DNA of 64,000 nucleotides, from contig JBAYHI010000002.1 of assembly GCA_041666205.1 (NCBI GenBank), positions 725 through 64,724 of the forward strand. The letters are read 5' to 3'. The stretch's first letter is position 1. The number at the start of each line of letters is the position of its first letter. The notes beneath the pieces were generated by a model. That model worked only from the letters and a program-made list of their open reading frames with translations, made no database searches and was not told the DNA's origin. Positions 1 to 12,550 of this stretch are shown one piece after another. The position numbers were made by a program, and so were the translations under genes. This stretch comes from Patescibacteria group bacterium (GTDB lineage Bacteria > Patescibacteriota > Patescibacteriia > UBA9934).

Positions 1-798
1 GCCCCATACGCTGGGTGCGCGATTGCCGAATACTTCATGGCAAAAGGTGAAGATGTGCTGATTGTCTACGATGATCTTTCAAAGCACGCCTGGGCTTACC
101 GAGAAATTTCTTTATTGCTCCGTCGACCACCAGGTCGCGAAGCCTATCCTGGCGACGTTTTCTATCTTCACTCACGACTCTTGGAGCGTTCCGCGCGCTT
201 GAATGAAAAATACGGCGGAGGTTCCATTACGGCACTTCCAATTATTGAAACCCAAGGTGGAGACGTCTCGGCCTATATTCCAACAAACGTTATTTCCATC
301 ACCGATGGTCAGATTTTCTTGGAAAGCGATTTGTTCTACAAAGGTCAGCGACCAGCACTCAACATTGGACTTTCTGTTTCGCGCGTAGGTTCATCGGCAC
401 AAACCAAAGCCATGAAGTCGGTTTCAAAAACATTGAAAGTCGATTTGGCGCAGTTCCGTGAACTTGAAGCATTCGCGCAATTCGGATCCGATCTTGATGA
501 AAGCACCAAGAAGCAAATCGAACGCGGACGCCGAGCCATGGAAGTTATGAAGCAAAAGCAATTCGCGCCACTTTCGATGGCAGAAATGTCTTGCATCATC
601 TACGCGCTCAACAACGGGCATTTCGATTCGATCGAAACCGTGAAGGTGCAGGAATTTGAAAAGCAATTCTTAGCATATCTTGGTTCGACCGGTGCAGACA
701 TGATGGCAGAAATCATGGAGAAAAAAGAAATCAACGATGAAATCAAAGCCAAACTCGAAAAACACATTGCAGATTTCAAAGCAACCTTTAATTCCTAA
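1..798 (+). CDS. atpA: F1F0 ATP synthase subunit alpha (5'-truncated by window edge)
   Basis: Open frame from base 1; motifs [45 protein letters not shown]. Confidence 0.98.
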   Translation, partial: APYAGCAIAEYFMAKGEDVLIVYDDLSKHAWAYREISLLLRRPPGREAYPGDVFYLHSRLLERSARLNEKYGGGSITALPIIETQGGDVSAYIPTNVISITDGQIFLESDLFYKGQRPALNIGLSVSRVGSSAQTKAMKSVSKTLKVDLAQFRELEAFAQFGSDLDESTKKQIERGRRAMEVMKQKQFAPLSMAEMSCIIYALNNGHFDSIETVKVQEFEKQFLAYLGSTGADMMAEIMEKKEINDEIKAKLEKHIADFKATFNS

Positions 799-800
799 GT

Positions 801-3088
<2,288 letters not shown>

Positions 3089-3089
3089 T

Positions 3090-3515
3090 ATGGCAGAACT
3101 CACGCTCAAAATTGTCACCCCAGAACGCGTCATTTTCGAAGGCGCGGCGGATTCGATTTCCGCATTCACGGAAATGGGCGAGGTGACGATTTTGCCAGGC
3201 CACGTACCGCTCGTTGCGCTTTTGCGCGCTGGCGAAATGCGCCTCAAGGAAAAGGGAAGCGAATCAATTCTTTCGGTTTCGACCGGGCTGCTCGAAGTGC
3301 GACCCGGAAATACCGTGGTGGTGCTAGCAGATACGGCGGAACGATCCGGCGAGCTTGATTTGCAAAAAATCGAGGAAGCAAAAGCACTCGCGCAGAAGCG
3401 TTTGGAGGAAGCTCGCAATCAAGGCGAGGTTGCCTACGCCGATGCTGCTGCGCAAATGGAGCGTGAACTTTCGCGTGAACGAATTGCTCGCAAAAAATTC
3501 CGAGGAGGAAAATAA
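3090..3515 (+). CDS. atpC: ATP synthase subunit epsilon
   Basis: LKIVTPER, GEVTILPGHVP, LADTAE; last atp gene. Confidence 0.95.
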   Translation: MAELTLKIVTPERVIFEGAADSISAFTEMGEVTILPGHVPLVALLRAGEMRLKEKGSESILSVSTGLLEVRPGNTVVVLADTAERSGELDLQKIEEAKALAQKRLEEARNQGEVAYADAAAQMERELSRERIARKKFRGGK

Positions 3516-3524
3516 TAAAACGCT

Positions 3525-3926
3525 ATGTCACATCACTGCACCCACGCCCTTGTTCGTTGCATGGACTTTCGTCTTGAAAAGGCGATTCATGAATATTTAG
3601 CGTCAAAGGGACTCGTTGGAACCATCGATATTATTTCCCTTGCCGGCGGAGTCAAAGAACTTGCGGAAAATCCGGATGGATTTGTAGCAGGTCAGCTCGC
3701 GGCTTCCAAGCGTCTCCACAACATCGAAACCGTGGTACTCATGAATCACATCGATTGTGGAGCCTACGGATCGTTTGAGAGCTCGGAGGCAGAACGCGCC
3801 AAACACGAAGCAGATTTGGAAACGGCCAAGCAGACGGTGCTCCAAAAGATCGCTGGCGTGACGGTCGTGAAGATCCTCGCTGGAAAGGTGAGTGACACGG
3901 AGTGGACGTTTGAGGAATTGAATTAA
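3525..3926 (+). CDS. Putative beta-class carbonic anhydrase-like Zn protein (copy 1)
   Basis: CMDFR and HIDCGAY match the CxDxR / HxxC zinc ligand pattern. Confidence 0.7.
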   Translation: MSHHCTHALVRCMDFRLEKAIHEYLASKGLVGTIDIISLAGGVKELAENPDGFVAGQLAASKRLHNIETVVLMNHIDCGAYGSFESSEAERAKHEADLETAKQTVLQKIAGVTVVKILAGKVSDTEWTFEELN

Positions 3927-3933
3927 TATTTTC

Positions 3934-3960
3934 GTAGGGGCAGGTCTGTGACCTGCCCGT
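3934..3960 (+). repeat. GTAG-type REP palindrome
   Basis: gtaggggcaggtctgtgacctgcccgt: GTAG tag followed by a GGGCAGGTC/GACCTGCCC hairpin. Confidence 0.75.
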
Positions 3961-3963
3961 ATC

Positions 3964-3993
3964 AGAAAAGCCGAGGTTTTCCTCGGCTTTTCT
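3964..3993. terminator. Bidirectional intrinsic terminator
   Basis: agaaaagccgagg-tttt-cctcggcttttct perfect inverted repeat with T tails. Confidence 0.75.
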
Positions 3994-4056
3994 ATTTGCG
4001 ATGATTGACGAGATTCGATTTTTCGTGTAAAACATCGAAACCATTTGGAGAAAACC

Positions 4057-4479
4057 ATGGAATTCAGATGCGACCAGGGCTATGCCATTCTTGTCCGGTG
4101 TATGGACCCTCGCCTTGAGGAGTCCATCCAGGAGTTCTTGATCCTCAACGGACTCGTTGGGTATACCTACGTCATCTCGCTCGCGGGTGGTCCGAAGGAT
4201 CTTGCAGTTGAGCCGGATGGGTTCACGGCAAACCAAATTCGAGTCGCCTGCAGGTTTCATGAGATTCGCACGGTATTCCTGATGTCGCATCTGGACTGTC
4301 GTGCATACGGGGGGAACGCCCTCTATGTGGATGCTCCTGAAGCAGAACGCGCGCTTCATCTGGGGCACCTTGAGGATGCTCGGCAGCATGTGCTGGCGCT
4401 CTATCCAGGCATGACGGTGGTCAAGCTCCTCGCGGTTCCCAGGGAAGATGGGACGTGGGAGATCGAGGAGATTGTCTAG
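4057..4479 (+). CDS. Putative beta-class carbonic anhydrase-like protein (copy 2)
   Basis: CMDPR and HLDCRAYG; clearly paralogous to 3525-3926; GGAG SD at 4047-4050. Confidence 0.7.
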   Translation: MEFRCDQGYAILVRCMDPRLEESIQEFLILNGLVGYTYVISLAGGPKDLAVEPDGFTANQIRVACRFHEIRTVFLMSHLDCRAYGGNALYVDAPEAERALHLGHLEDARQHVLALYPGMTVVKLLAVPREDGTWEIEEIV

Positions 4480-4503
4480 CGCCAACAACGACTGGCGCTC
4501 GTG

Positions 4504-4526
4504 GCCGAGGCTAGACCTCGGCTTTT
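4504..4526 (+). terminator. Intrinsic terminator
   Basis: gccgagg-ctaga-cctcggc-tttt, same stem as 3964-3993. Confidence 0.65.
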
Positions 4527-4553
4527 GTGATAAAATGGGAAAAACAAGTCAAT

Positions 4554-5063
4554 ATGTCAGATCAAAAAGAACGAACGCCTGAGGTAGAAATTTCTTCCTC
4601 GCTCGAAAGACGAACTGCAACAAAAGAAGACATGGATTTTATGCGCAAGGTTCATCACCTTGCATATCACGATGTTGTGGAAAAGCAGTTCGGCGCTTGG
4701 GATGAGGAAAAACAGGATAAATTTTTCGACGACGCCTGGGCAGAGAATCGTTACCAAATTCTTTTAGATAATGGTGTTCCCGTTGGCTATTGCTGGGTGG
4801 AGTATTCAGATAAGCGTATTGACGCCCATGAGCTCGTTATTTTACCGGAATTTCAAGGGCAGGGGATTGGCACGAAACTTTTAGGTTCGCTCATCCAAGA
4901 GGCAAACACGAAGAAGATTCCTGTCCGACTACAAGTGCTGAAAGCAAATCGAGCAATTGATTTATACAAAAAATTTGGGTTTGAAGAGGTTGGCGAAAAT
5001 GATACGCATTTCGAGATGGAATACACGCCATCTACTTCCCCAGAAGTGGCTCGTACATCATAA
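4554..5063 (+). CDS. GNAT family N-acetyltransferase
   Basis: ILPEFQGQGIGTKL acetyl-CoA motif; NRAIDLYKKFGF. Confidence 0.9.
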   Translation: MSDQKERTPEVEISSSLERRTATKEDMDFMRKVHHLAYHDVVEKQFGAWDEEKQDKFFDDAWAENRYQILLDNGVPVGYCWVEYSDKRIDAHELVILPEFQGQGIGTKLLGSLIQEANTKKIPVRLQVLKANRAIDLYKKFGFEEVGENDTHFEMEYTPSTSPEVARTS

Positions 5064-5835
5064 TGGCGTGATTTTCCGCCACCAATTCTTCAGATACTTT
5101 TTTGCCGGTTTGTTTATCAACAACCGTGCGCGCAATTTTATTATTTCGGGAATACTGCCCCCACCACTCGTGTTTTATTTCATGTTCAATTTCTGCGATG
5201 TGGTAGGTGAATGCAATTGGTTTATCAGAAAGCCACGTACCAACTAAAGAATCTTCCGTCACTTGAAGCGACAACTGAAATCGTTGGCTTGTTTGATTTT
5301 TTATCTGTAGATCGATGTTTGGATAAGCGCATGTTGCGCCACTACCAAATGGGAGTACACGATTTACATCCGGAAAAACGTCATAGCTATGGCGCCAGCG
5401 TTCGGTGACGCTGAGGGGGGTGTGAAGCGTCATCCAATAAATGAGGTTTGAAAGCTGACAAAGCCCGCCACCGGTTCCGGTTTTCACCGTGCCGTGATCA
5501 AGAACCATTCCTTCTTTATAGCCTTTGCGTTTGGTTGGATGTCCAATCAAGCGCCAATGAGAATATGTTTGACCGGGTTCAAGAATAATCCCATCAAGCT
5601 TTTGAATCGCGATTTTCAGGTTCGCTATTTTATTCTCATTGAGCGTTGGATCGACGTTTGACAGCGCCCGGCGCAATGGAGTTTTATGTGTGAAAATTTT
5701 AAATGGCAATGGGGAAGTGTTTTGCTTTGTTGCAAAATCAATTCCGGAAACGTACCAATAAAAATACCGCTGGAGCGTATAAAACGTTCTTCCGGCCAAT
5801 AAGCGGGCTTTTGATCGTTTGATGGGTTGTTGCAT
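5032..5835 (-). CDS. VanW family protein
   Basis: GGGLCQLSNLIYW, TERWRHSYDVFP, DLQIKN typical of VanW/YoaR. Confidence 0.85.
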   Translation of the reverse strand: MQQPIKRSKARLLAGRTFYTLQRYFYWYVSGIDFATKQNTSPLPFKIFTHKTPLRRALSNVDPTLNENKIANLKIAIQKLDGIILEPGQTYSHWRLIGHPTKRKGYKEGMVLDHGTVKTGTGGGLCQLSNLIYWMTLHTPLSVTERWRHSYDVFPDVNRVLPFGSGATCAYPNIDLQIKNQTSQRFQLSLQVTEDSLVGTWLSDKPIAFTYHIAEIEHEIKHEWWGQYSRNNKIARTVVDKQTGKKVSEELVAENHAIMMYEPLLGK

Positions 5836-5900
5836 GGAGTTATTAACGGGGCACGATATCAAAAATTGCGAGAAAAATCAATAATTTACTAGATGACACA

Positions 5901-5929
5901 TTGACAAAAGCAGATTTTTGTGCTATTCT
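5901..5929 (+). promoter_or_regulatory. Sigma70-type promoter of the LysM gene
   Basis: TTGACA-17 nt-TATTCT with TG extension. Confidence 0.65.
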
Positions 5930-5959
5930 GCGCGGTCAATTTGACTCACAATAAACCCT

Positions 5960-7072
5960 ATGAAATCACTCATGCTTGGATTATTCGCCTCCGTGCTATT
6001 GTTCACACCTGCAATGGCGGTTTTTGCGAACGAAAATAGCCAAAATTATACAGTTCAAAAAGGTGATAGTCTTTGGAAAATCGCTGAAAGCCAAATCGGT
6101 AGCCCTTGGTGCTGGCCGTTGATTGCCTCTATCCCCGAAAACAACCTCGATTATCAGGGGTTACTATACGCGGGTGACACAATCACGTTGCCAACGGTAG
6201 AGGCTTGTAGTTCGATTATGAATCCGTTGAGCGTTGAAGCTCCAAAGGTCAGCGAGACAGTTCTCGCATATGTTCCTACACAGCCTTGGCACTCACAAAA
6301 ATTAGTGATTGAAGATTATATCGAGCGTACGTATCGCAATGCAACACCTTTTCAGAGCTACGCCAAATACGATGGAGTAAACAAGACAGGCGCTGCACTT
6401 TACCGTGAGCGTGATGGTAATACGTGGTACGTCGTTCTGAACGGCGAACGCGGTCAGGCCTGGGACTATGTTGACCAGGTGCTGAAAAATGATGCCACCG
6501 GATCTGTCTTCTATCGTGCCCGCGATATCCGTGGTGAATGGTATATTGTCAAAAATGAGGTAGCGACCAAGCTCTCATTTGAGCCAAAGGAAGTGTATTT
6601 GAATACGACGCTTGATGAAGTATTTGCATTCACACCTCCATACACGACCGTCTCCGAATACAATGAAACACATTTGTGGTCACCAATCGAGGAATGGACC
6701 ATTCCAGTAAAAGCTGTGCCTGTAGCAGCCGATCCATATGGCCACGTTCTTTTCCGTTCAGAAAAGACAGTAGATGTTCACACGATGAAGGCCGACGGAA
6801 CGGCTATGGATGTGTGTAGCTCCTCGGTGTGTTCGTTTGAGTACACGTATTGGCTCAATGGCAAACAGGTTGCGAGTGCAACAAGCCAAATGCTTCCGAT
6901 GTTTTCCGCAAGTGATGCACCTGTAAAAAAACCTTTCTTCTACGAGGGTGCGGAAAAGGCTTTTAAGTATTATGGTGTCTTTGGTCGTCCTTCATTCGAT
7001 GCTGCAGGTAACTTGATCTTCTACATCGTGTCTGACACCAAGGTAACGAAAAAGGTCTTCGACGTGAAGTAA
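5960..7072 (+). CDS. Secreted LysM-domain protein
   Basis: Signal peptide; YTVQKGDSLWKIA...LLYAGDTITLP LysM domain; remainder unrecognised. Confidence 0.8.
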   Translation: MKSLMLGLFASVLLFTPAMAVFANENSQNYTVQKGDSLWKIAESQIGSPWCWPLIASIPENNLDYQGLLYAGDTITLPTVEACSSIMNPLSVEAPKVSETVLAYVPTQPWHSQKLVIEDYIERTYRNATPFQSYAKYDGVNKTGAALYRERDGNTWYVVLNGERGQAWDYVDQVLKNDATGSVFYRARDIRGEWYIVKNEVATKLSFEPKEVYLNTTLDEVFAFTPPYTTVSEYNETHLWSPIEEWTIPVKAVPVAADPYGHVLFRSEKTVDVHTMKADGTAMDVCSSSVCSFEYTYWLNGKQVASATSQMLPMFSASDAPVKKPFFYEGAEKAFKYYGVFGRPSFDAAGNLIFYIVSDTKVTKKVFDVK

Positions 7073-7093
7073 ACATTCAATAATATAGATAGT

Positions 7094-7129
7094 AAAAAAA
7101 GACGATTGCCTTACAGCAGTCGTCTTTTT
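7094..7129. terminator. Bidirectional terminator between convergent genes
   Basis: aaaaaaagacgattgc-cttaca-gcagtcgtcttttt. Confidence 0.75.
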
Positions 7130-7155
7130 AGTTAACAAGCCTCGGCTTTCGCGTA

Positions 7156-7653
7156 TCAAAGTGATTTTATAATATTCTTCGCGAGTTCTTTCCATTCGCT
7201 GTCTTCAAGATCCAAATAGCCGACGAGTTCAGGCATCATGGATGCCATTTGTTGCTCACGAATTGGCGTACCTTTTGGGATGGGGACAAGATGAAAATGA
7301 ATATGCCGATTCATTTGTTGACTGCCAAATGACGCTACATAAATTCTTTCTGGATTTAGAGCCTTTTGAATTGCTTTTGAAAATTTGAAAATGATGCTCT
7401 GCAAGTGAAGATATTCCTCATCGTCGAGGTCCTTTGAGATTTGTTCGGCATGTTGTTTAGGACAGACAAGTACCTGACCATATTGCGTTGGTTTTGAGGA
7501 AAGGAATGCAATTACACGTTCATCTTCAAATAAAATTTGGTGACGATCTCGAATTTTATCGCCTGCGACAATCTGGCAAATAAAACATGGAGCGATTCCA
7601 CGTTCCTGGATATAGTTGTCACTCTCATGTTTATTAAATGCAATGCGTTTCAT
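7156..7653 (-). CDS. HIT family hydrolase
   Basis: CFIC near N-terminus; HIHFHLVP histidine triad. Confidence 0.9.
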   Translation of the reverse strand: MKRIAFNKHESDNYIQERGIAPCFICQIVAGDKIRDRHQILFEDERVIAFLSSKPTQYGQVLVCPKQHAEQISKDLDDEEYLHLQSIIFKFSKAIQKALNPERIYVASFGSQQMNRHIHFHLVPIPKGTPIREQQMASMMPELVGYLDLEDSEWKELAKNIIKSL

Positions 7654-7736
7654 GATCGTAGGTTACCCTAATTTCAGTATTCTGAGGAGTCTATGACCCT
7701 CTCGCAATCGCACGGCGGCGGTGCTAAAATGCCCTC

Positions 7737-10655
7737 ATGCAAAACGAACTCCTAGAAGGCCTCAACCCCGAGCAATTACAAGCCGTGACCCATGGAAACG
7801 GCCCACTTATGATTATTGCCGGCGCGGGCACGGGGAAAACCACGGTGATTACCCAGCGCATTGCTTGGCTTATTGAACAAGGAAAAGCCAAGCCTGAGGA
7901 AATTCTTGCGCTCACCTTCACCGAAAAGGCGGCAACCGAAATGGAAGAGCGTGTGGACATGCTTCTTCCGCTTGGCTACGTCGACCTATGGATTTCTACG
8001 TTCCATGCTTTTTGCGAACGCATCTTGCGCGAGCACGCCTTGGATATTGGGTTGCCGCCAGAGTTCACGCTTGTGGACGAAGTTGATGCACTCCTTCTCA
8101 CACGCAAGAATTTTGCGCGATTTGAGCTTGATTATTATCGACCGCGCGGAAATCCAACGCGCTACCTCAAGGCAATTCTTTCTCATATCTCGCGCGCCAA
8201 AGACGAAATGGTCACGCCTGAACGCTACTTGGCGTTTGCGCAGGAAGAAAAACTCAATCTCGATTCCGCAGAAGGATTATCCGCCGAAGACAAAGAAGCA
8301 ACTGCATCGGAAGTCGCGCGCTACGAAGAGCTCGCTAACGCCTATCACACGTATCAGCAAATCCTTCTCGAGAATCATGCGCTCGATTTTGCGGATTTGG
8401 TTTCGTACACGATCGAGCTTTTTCAAAAGCGTCCGCATATCCTCAAAAAATATCAGGAACAGTTCAAATATATTTTGATCGACGAATTCCAAGACACAAA
8501 TACGGCGCAATACGAACTCGTGAAACTTTTGTGCGCGCGAAACGGGAACCTCACCGTGGTTGGGGACGACGATCAATCCATTTACCGTTTCCGTGGTGCC
8601 TCGCTTGCCAATATCATGCAGTTCCGCACGGATTATCCGAGTGCGGCGCGTATTGTTCTCACACGAAATTATCGAAGCGCAAAACCAATTCTCGATGTTG
8701 CCTACGCGCTCATACAGAAAAATAATCCGGATCGTCTCGAGATTAAGGAACAAATCGCAAAAGGATTGCTCGCCCATATTGCTGACGGCGACGTACAGCG
8801 TATTCAATGCGGGGACGAAAAAGATGAAGTCGAAGGCGTTCTCAAAAAGATCGTCGAACTTCACAATGGCGGAGTGCATTGGGGCGAAATGGCCATTTTA
8901 GTGCGCGCCAATAGTCAGGCTGAACCATTTGTAGAAGCCTGCGAAGCCGTGAAAATTCCATATCGATTTTTGGCAATGAGTGGGCTTTATACTAAACCTC
9001 TCATCATCGACTGTTTGGCCTGGATGCGAGTCTTGGATCAGATCCACGATAGCCCGTCATTTTATCGACTGCTCTCGCACGAGCACTTGGGACTTTCGCA
9101 AAACGATGTGTCGGCTGTAACGCTTTATTGCCAGCGGAAAGCCCTTTCCATTGCCGATGCGCTCAAATACGCCGGCGTTATTCCAGGAATTACGCCCGAA
9201 GGCGTGGAGCGCGCTCAAGAAATTCTTGCCACGCTATCGTCTTTGGAAGAAAAAATGCGCCGCATGCCGGTGTCAGAGTTATTCTTGTCGATCGTGAAAG
9301 ACTCCGGACTCGAAGGCGAAATTTTGAAACTCGGCGATGAGGCAAAGACGATTGAACAATATGGACTCCTGAATCAATTCGCAAAGCGCTTGCAAAAATT
9401 TGTACTCACGTCCGATGATGGAAGCTTGCACCAATTCCTTGCGGACTTCACGCATGAGCGAGAAGCTGGCGAAGAAGGTTCGCTTTCGGTTGATGCAGAA
9501 GCAGGTCCAGACGTTGTGCAAATCATGACCATTCACGCGTCAAAAGGATTGGAGTTTTCACACGTATTCTTGGTGAACATGGTGGAGCAACGTTTTCCCT
9601 CACAGCACCGTGGCGAGGCAATCCCAATGCCCGATCGATTGATTGCAAATCTCAAAAGCACGTCCGATGCTCACATTGCTGAGGAACGCCGGCTTTGCTA
9701 TGTGGCCATGACGCGCGCCAAAAAAGGATTGTATCTTTTTCACGCCGACGATTATGGCGGCACACGCAAGCGCAAACCGTCGCGATTTTTAGACGACGCA
9801 GGAATTGCGCCCGAAGCGTATGTGAGCGACGTTCCATTTGGCGAGCGCAAAGAAGAACCGGCTGTCGTGCGTGCTTACGCGCTTCCAAAAACCGTGAGCT
9901 TCACGCAAATTGCCGCGTTCACCACGTGCCCGCTTCAGTATAAGTTTGCGCACATTTTGAAAGTGCCGGTCTTTGGCAAATATCAAATGAGTTTTGGAAA
10001 ATCCATGCACAATACCTTGCATAAGTTTTTCCAAGCAATCGTCGTGGCGCAAGAAGCTCCACAAACGAGTCTATTCCCGGAAGAGAAAAAAGAACTCGTG
10101 CTTCCATCCAAAGCAACGCTTCTTCAACTGTTTGAGGATTCCTGGATCGACGAATGGTATCCCGATGAGAAGACGAAACTCGAATATTTCGAGAAGGCAC
10201 GCGAGTCACTTACGGATTATCACGCACAAGTTCTGCAAGAGCCACCAAAGATTCTTGCGCTTGAAAAAGGATTTACGCTCCACGTTGGCGACGTCATTTT
10301 GAAAGGGCGTATTGACCGCATTGATTCCGTTGACGGTGGCGTAGAAATCATTGACTATAAAACCGGCAAGCCAAAAGAAAAACTCGAGCGTGACGATAAA
10401 CGTCAGCTGATTTTATACGCGCTCGCTGCTGCGCAAAGTTTTGATCCGCCACTTGTGGTGAAAAAGCTCACGTATCATTATCTTGAAAATAATACGCGAG
10501 CGAGTTTTGAACCAAAAGCAAAAGAGCTTCTTGATTTGACGGAAAACATTTTGGACACAGTACAAAAGATTCGCGCAAGTTCTTTTGGCGCCACGCCAGG
10601 AGAGCAGTGTAAATATTGCGATTTTAAAGATATCTGTGAGTTTCGGCAGAGTTGA
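7737..10655 (+). CDS. UvrD/PcrA-like SF1 helicase fused to a C-terminal PD-(D/E)XK nuclease
   Basis: AGAGTGKT, DEFQD, VGDDDQSIY, MTIHASKGLEF, YVAMTRAK; GRIDRID...IIDYKTG; CPLQY and CKYCDFKDIC cysteines. Confidence 0.93.
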   Translation: MQNELLEGLNPEQLQAVTHGNGPLMIIAGAGTGKTTVITQRIAWLIEQGKAKPEEILALTFTEKAATEMEERVDMLLPLGYVDLWISTFHAFCERILREHALDIGLPPEFTLVDEVDALLLTRKNFARFELDYYRPRGNPTRYLKAILSHISRAKDEMVTPERYLAFAQEEKLNLDSAEGLSAEDKEATASEVARYEELANAYHTYQQILLENHALDFADLVSYTIELFQKRPHILKKYQEQFKYILIDEFQDTNTAQYELVKLLCARNGNLTVVGDDDQSIYRFRGASLANIMQFRTDYPSAARIVLTRNYRSAKPILDVAYALIQKNNPDRLEIKEQIAKGLLAHIADGDVQRIQCGDEKDEVEGVLKKIVELHNGGVHWGEMAILVRANSQAEPFVEACEAVKIPYRFLAMSGLYTKPLIIDCLAWMRVLDQIHDSPSFYRLLSHEHLGLSQNDVSAVTLYCQRKALSIADALKYAGVIPGITPEGVERAQEILATLSSLEEKMRRMPVSELFLSIVKDSGLEGEILKLGDEAKTIEQYGLLNQFAKRLQKFVLTSDDGSLHQFLADFTHEREAGEEGSLSVDAEAGPDVVQIMTIHASKGLEFSHVFLVNMVEQRFPSQHRGEAIPMPDRLIANLKSTSDAHIAEERRLCYVAMTRAKKGLYLFHADDYGGTRKRKPSRFLDDAGIAPEAYVSDVPFGERKEEPAVVRAYALPKTVSFTQIAAFTTCPLQYKFAHILKVPVFGKYQMSFGKSMHNTLHKFFQAIVVAQEAPQTSLFPEEKKELVLPSKATLLQLFEDSWIDEWYPDEKTKLEYFEKARESLTDYHAQVLQEPPKILALEKGFTLHVGDVILKGRIDRIDSVDGGVEIIDYKTGKPKEKLERDDKRQLILYALAAAQSFDPPLVVKKLTYHYLENNTRASFEPKAKELLDLTENILDTVQKIRASSFGATPGEQCKYCDFKDICEFRQS

Positions 10656-10707
10656 ATACTATAAGCCCAAGCGTAAAAAACCCACCAGGAAAGCACAATT
10701 CACTGGC

Positions 10708-11031
10708 ATGGGTTCTTTGATGTCGGGTGCACTGCATCGCCACGGAATTGAGCGCCAAGTTACTTCGGCGCTTGTCGTTGAAAAGGCAAAAGAACTGATG
10801 CCGATGTTATTTGCCGATTATGTAATCCCCGATATTCGTGTCCTTTCGTACGTAAAAGAAGAATTGCACATTGCGTGCAGGTGTTCCGAAGCGATGGATG
10901 CGGTCATGAGCAAGCGTATGGAAATTATGGACGCACTAGTACTTGCGTTCCCAGCCCTTGCGTTGCGCGATGTGAAGCCCTTGTATCGGCCTCAACTGTT
11001 CACGGATGAACATGGTATAATTTTTTCATGA
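10708..11031 (+). CDS. DciA / DUF721-like protein (start uncertain)
   Basis: Size and pattern (GIERQV...VLSYVKEELHIACRCS...RMEIMDAL) resemble DciA. Confidence 0.55.
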   Translation: MGSLMSGALHRHGIERQVTSALVVEKAKELMPMLFADYVIPDIRVLSYVKEELHIACRCSEAMDAVMSKRMEIMDALVLAFPALALRDVKPLYRPQLFTDEHGIIFS

Positions 11032-11411
11032 ACATCAAAGGATACCTTGCAATTTTTGGCACCGGCACGGTTCTTGCATGGATTGCATGGGGCGTGGTGC
11101 TTTGGAATATCGATCCGTTTACGGCAGGTCTCCCCATGATTTTGGTTTTTTATCTCACCTTATTTGCGGGCCTCATGGGAACAATCGCCACAATTGCAAC
11201 ACTCGTGCGTGTGCAATTTGATTCCGAAAATGAATTGGAAGAAATTGTATCAACATCTTTGCGTCAAGCCGTGATGCTCTCGGCCATGATGGTTGGCTGC
11301 TTATTTTTGGCGAGTAAATCTTGGTTTCATTGGTGGTCCGTGCTCCTCCTGATTGCGGGAGTGAGCCTTATTGAATATTTTTTCGTTTCGTATCGAAATC
11401 GGCACTCATGA
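11028..11411 (+). CDS. Hypothetical membrane protein (about 4 TM helices)
   Basis: Hydrophobic ORF; TGGTATAAT 6 nt before the ATG. Confidence 0.75.
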   Translation: MNIKGYLAIFGTGTVLAWIAWGVVLWNIDPFTAGLPMILVFYLTLFAGLMGTIATIATLVRVQFDSENELEEIVSTSLRQAVMLSAMMVGCLFLASKSWFHWWSVLLLIAGVSLIEYFFVSYRNRHS

Positions 11412-11491
11412 CTGTCAAGATCTCCTTTTGATGATGGGGGATAAGCTGTGCTAGACCCGTGGATGTCAACAGGCTAAAATGAGGGCTCGAT

Positions 11492-12547
11492 ATGTTTAAT
11501 CGATTCCTCGGCAGATTTTCAGAAGATATCGGGATTGACTTGGGAACGTCAAATACCCGTGTTTTTGTAAAAGGAAAAGGTCTCGTCATGAACGAGCCTT
11601 CGATTGTGGCGTTCAATGCGCGCACCAATCAAATCATCGCGGTTGGCGGACTAGCGCGCGATATGCTTGGTAAGACCCCGCCACATATTCATACCTCGCG
11701 CCCGCTTTCCAAGGGCGTGATTTCTGATTTTGAGATCGCGGAAAAAATGCTCAAATATTTCATTGATAAAATTCACGAGGAATCGTTTACGATTGTGCCG
11801 CGGCCACGCATCGTAATTGGTGTGCCACTTGAAATGACCGAGGTCGAGCGCAAGGCGGTTGAGGATGCAGCAATGACTGCTGGTGCACGTCAGGTTTTTT
11901 TGGTGGAAAACGTGGTGGCAGGTGCCATTGGTGCGCGACTTCCAATTACCGAATCGATTGGGAATATGATTGTCGATATTGGCGGAGGTAATACTGAAAT
12001 CGCCGTCATTTCGCTTTCAGGCGTTGTCACATGGAAATCGCTTTCCATGGCAGGCGACGAAATGACCAAAGCAATCACACAATATGCACGCGACGTTTAC
12101 AATTTGCTCATTGGCGATCGTGTTGCCGATATGGTGAAATGTCGCATTGGCAGCGCACAGGAACTATCCGAGCCCATGGAGCTTCAAATGCGCGGGCGCG
12201 ATTTGCTCACGGGTCTTCCAAAAGAAGTGATTGTAACCGATGGGCAAATCCGGGAAGCCCTTCACAAGTCCGTGCGCTCCATCATTGAACAAATCAAATC
12301 CACGCTCGAGGCAACGCCCCCGGAACTCGTGGCCGATATTTACGAGCGCGGGATCACGCTCACGGGTGGCGGGTCGCTCTTGCGCGGATTCGATCGACTC
12401 ATTTCGCGCGAAACCGATATTCCTGTGCGTATTGCAGAAGATCCAACCACCTGCACGGTGCGTGGCACGGGTGCTCTTTTGGAAAACGAACCGCTCCTGC
12501 GTGATATCACCTTGCCCGGCACGGTCGATGAACAATTCATGCCATAG
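11492..12547 (+). CDS. mreB: Rod shape-determining protein MreB
   Basis: IGIDLGTSN, NEPSIVA, VDIGGGNTE, LTGGGSLL. Confidence 0.97.
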   Translation: MFNRFLGRFSEDIGIDLGTSNTRVFVKGKGLVMNEPSIVAFNARTNQIIAVGGLARDMLGKTPPHIHTSRPLSKGVISDFEIAEKMLKYFIDKIHEESFTIVPRPRIVIGVPLEMTEVERKAVEDAAMTAGARQVFLVENVVAGAIGARLPITESIGNMIVDIGGGNTEIAVISLSGVVTWKSLSMAGDEMTKAITQYARDVYNLLIGDRVADMVKCRIGSAQELSEPMELQMRGRDLLTGLPKEVIVTDGQIREALHKSVRSIIEQIKSTLEATPPELVADIYERGITLTGGGSLLRGFDRLISRETDIPVRIAEDPTTCTVRGTGALLENEPLLRDITLPGTVDEQFMP

Positions 12548-12550
12548 CGT

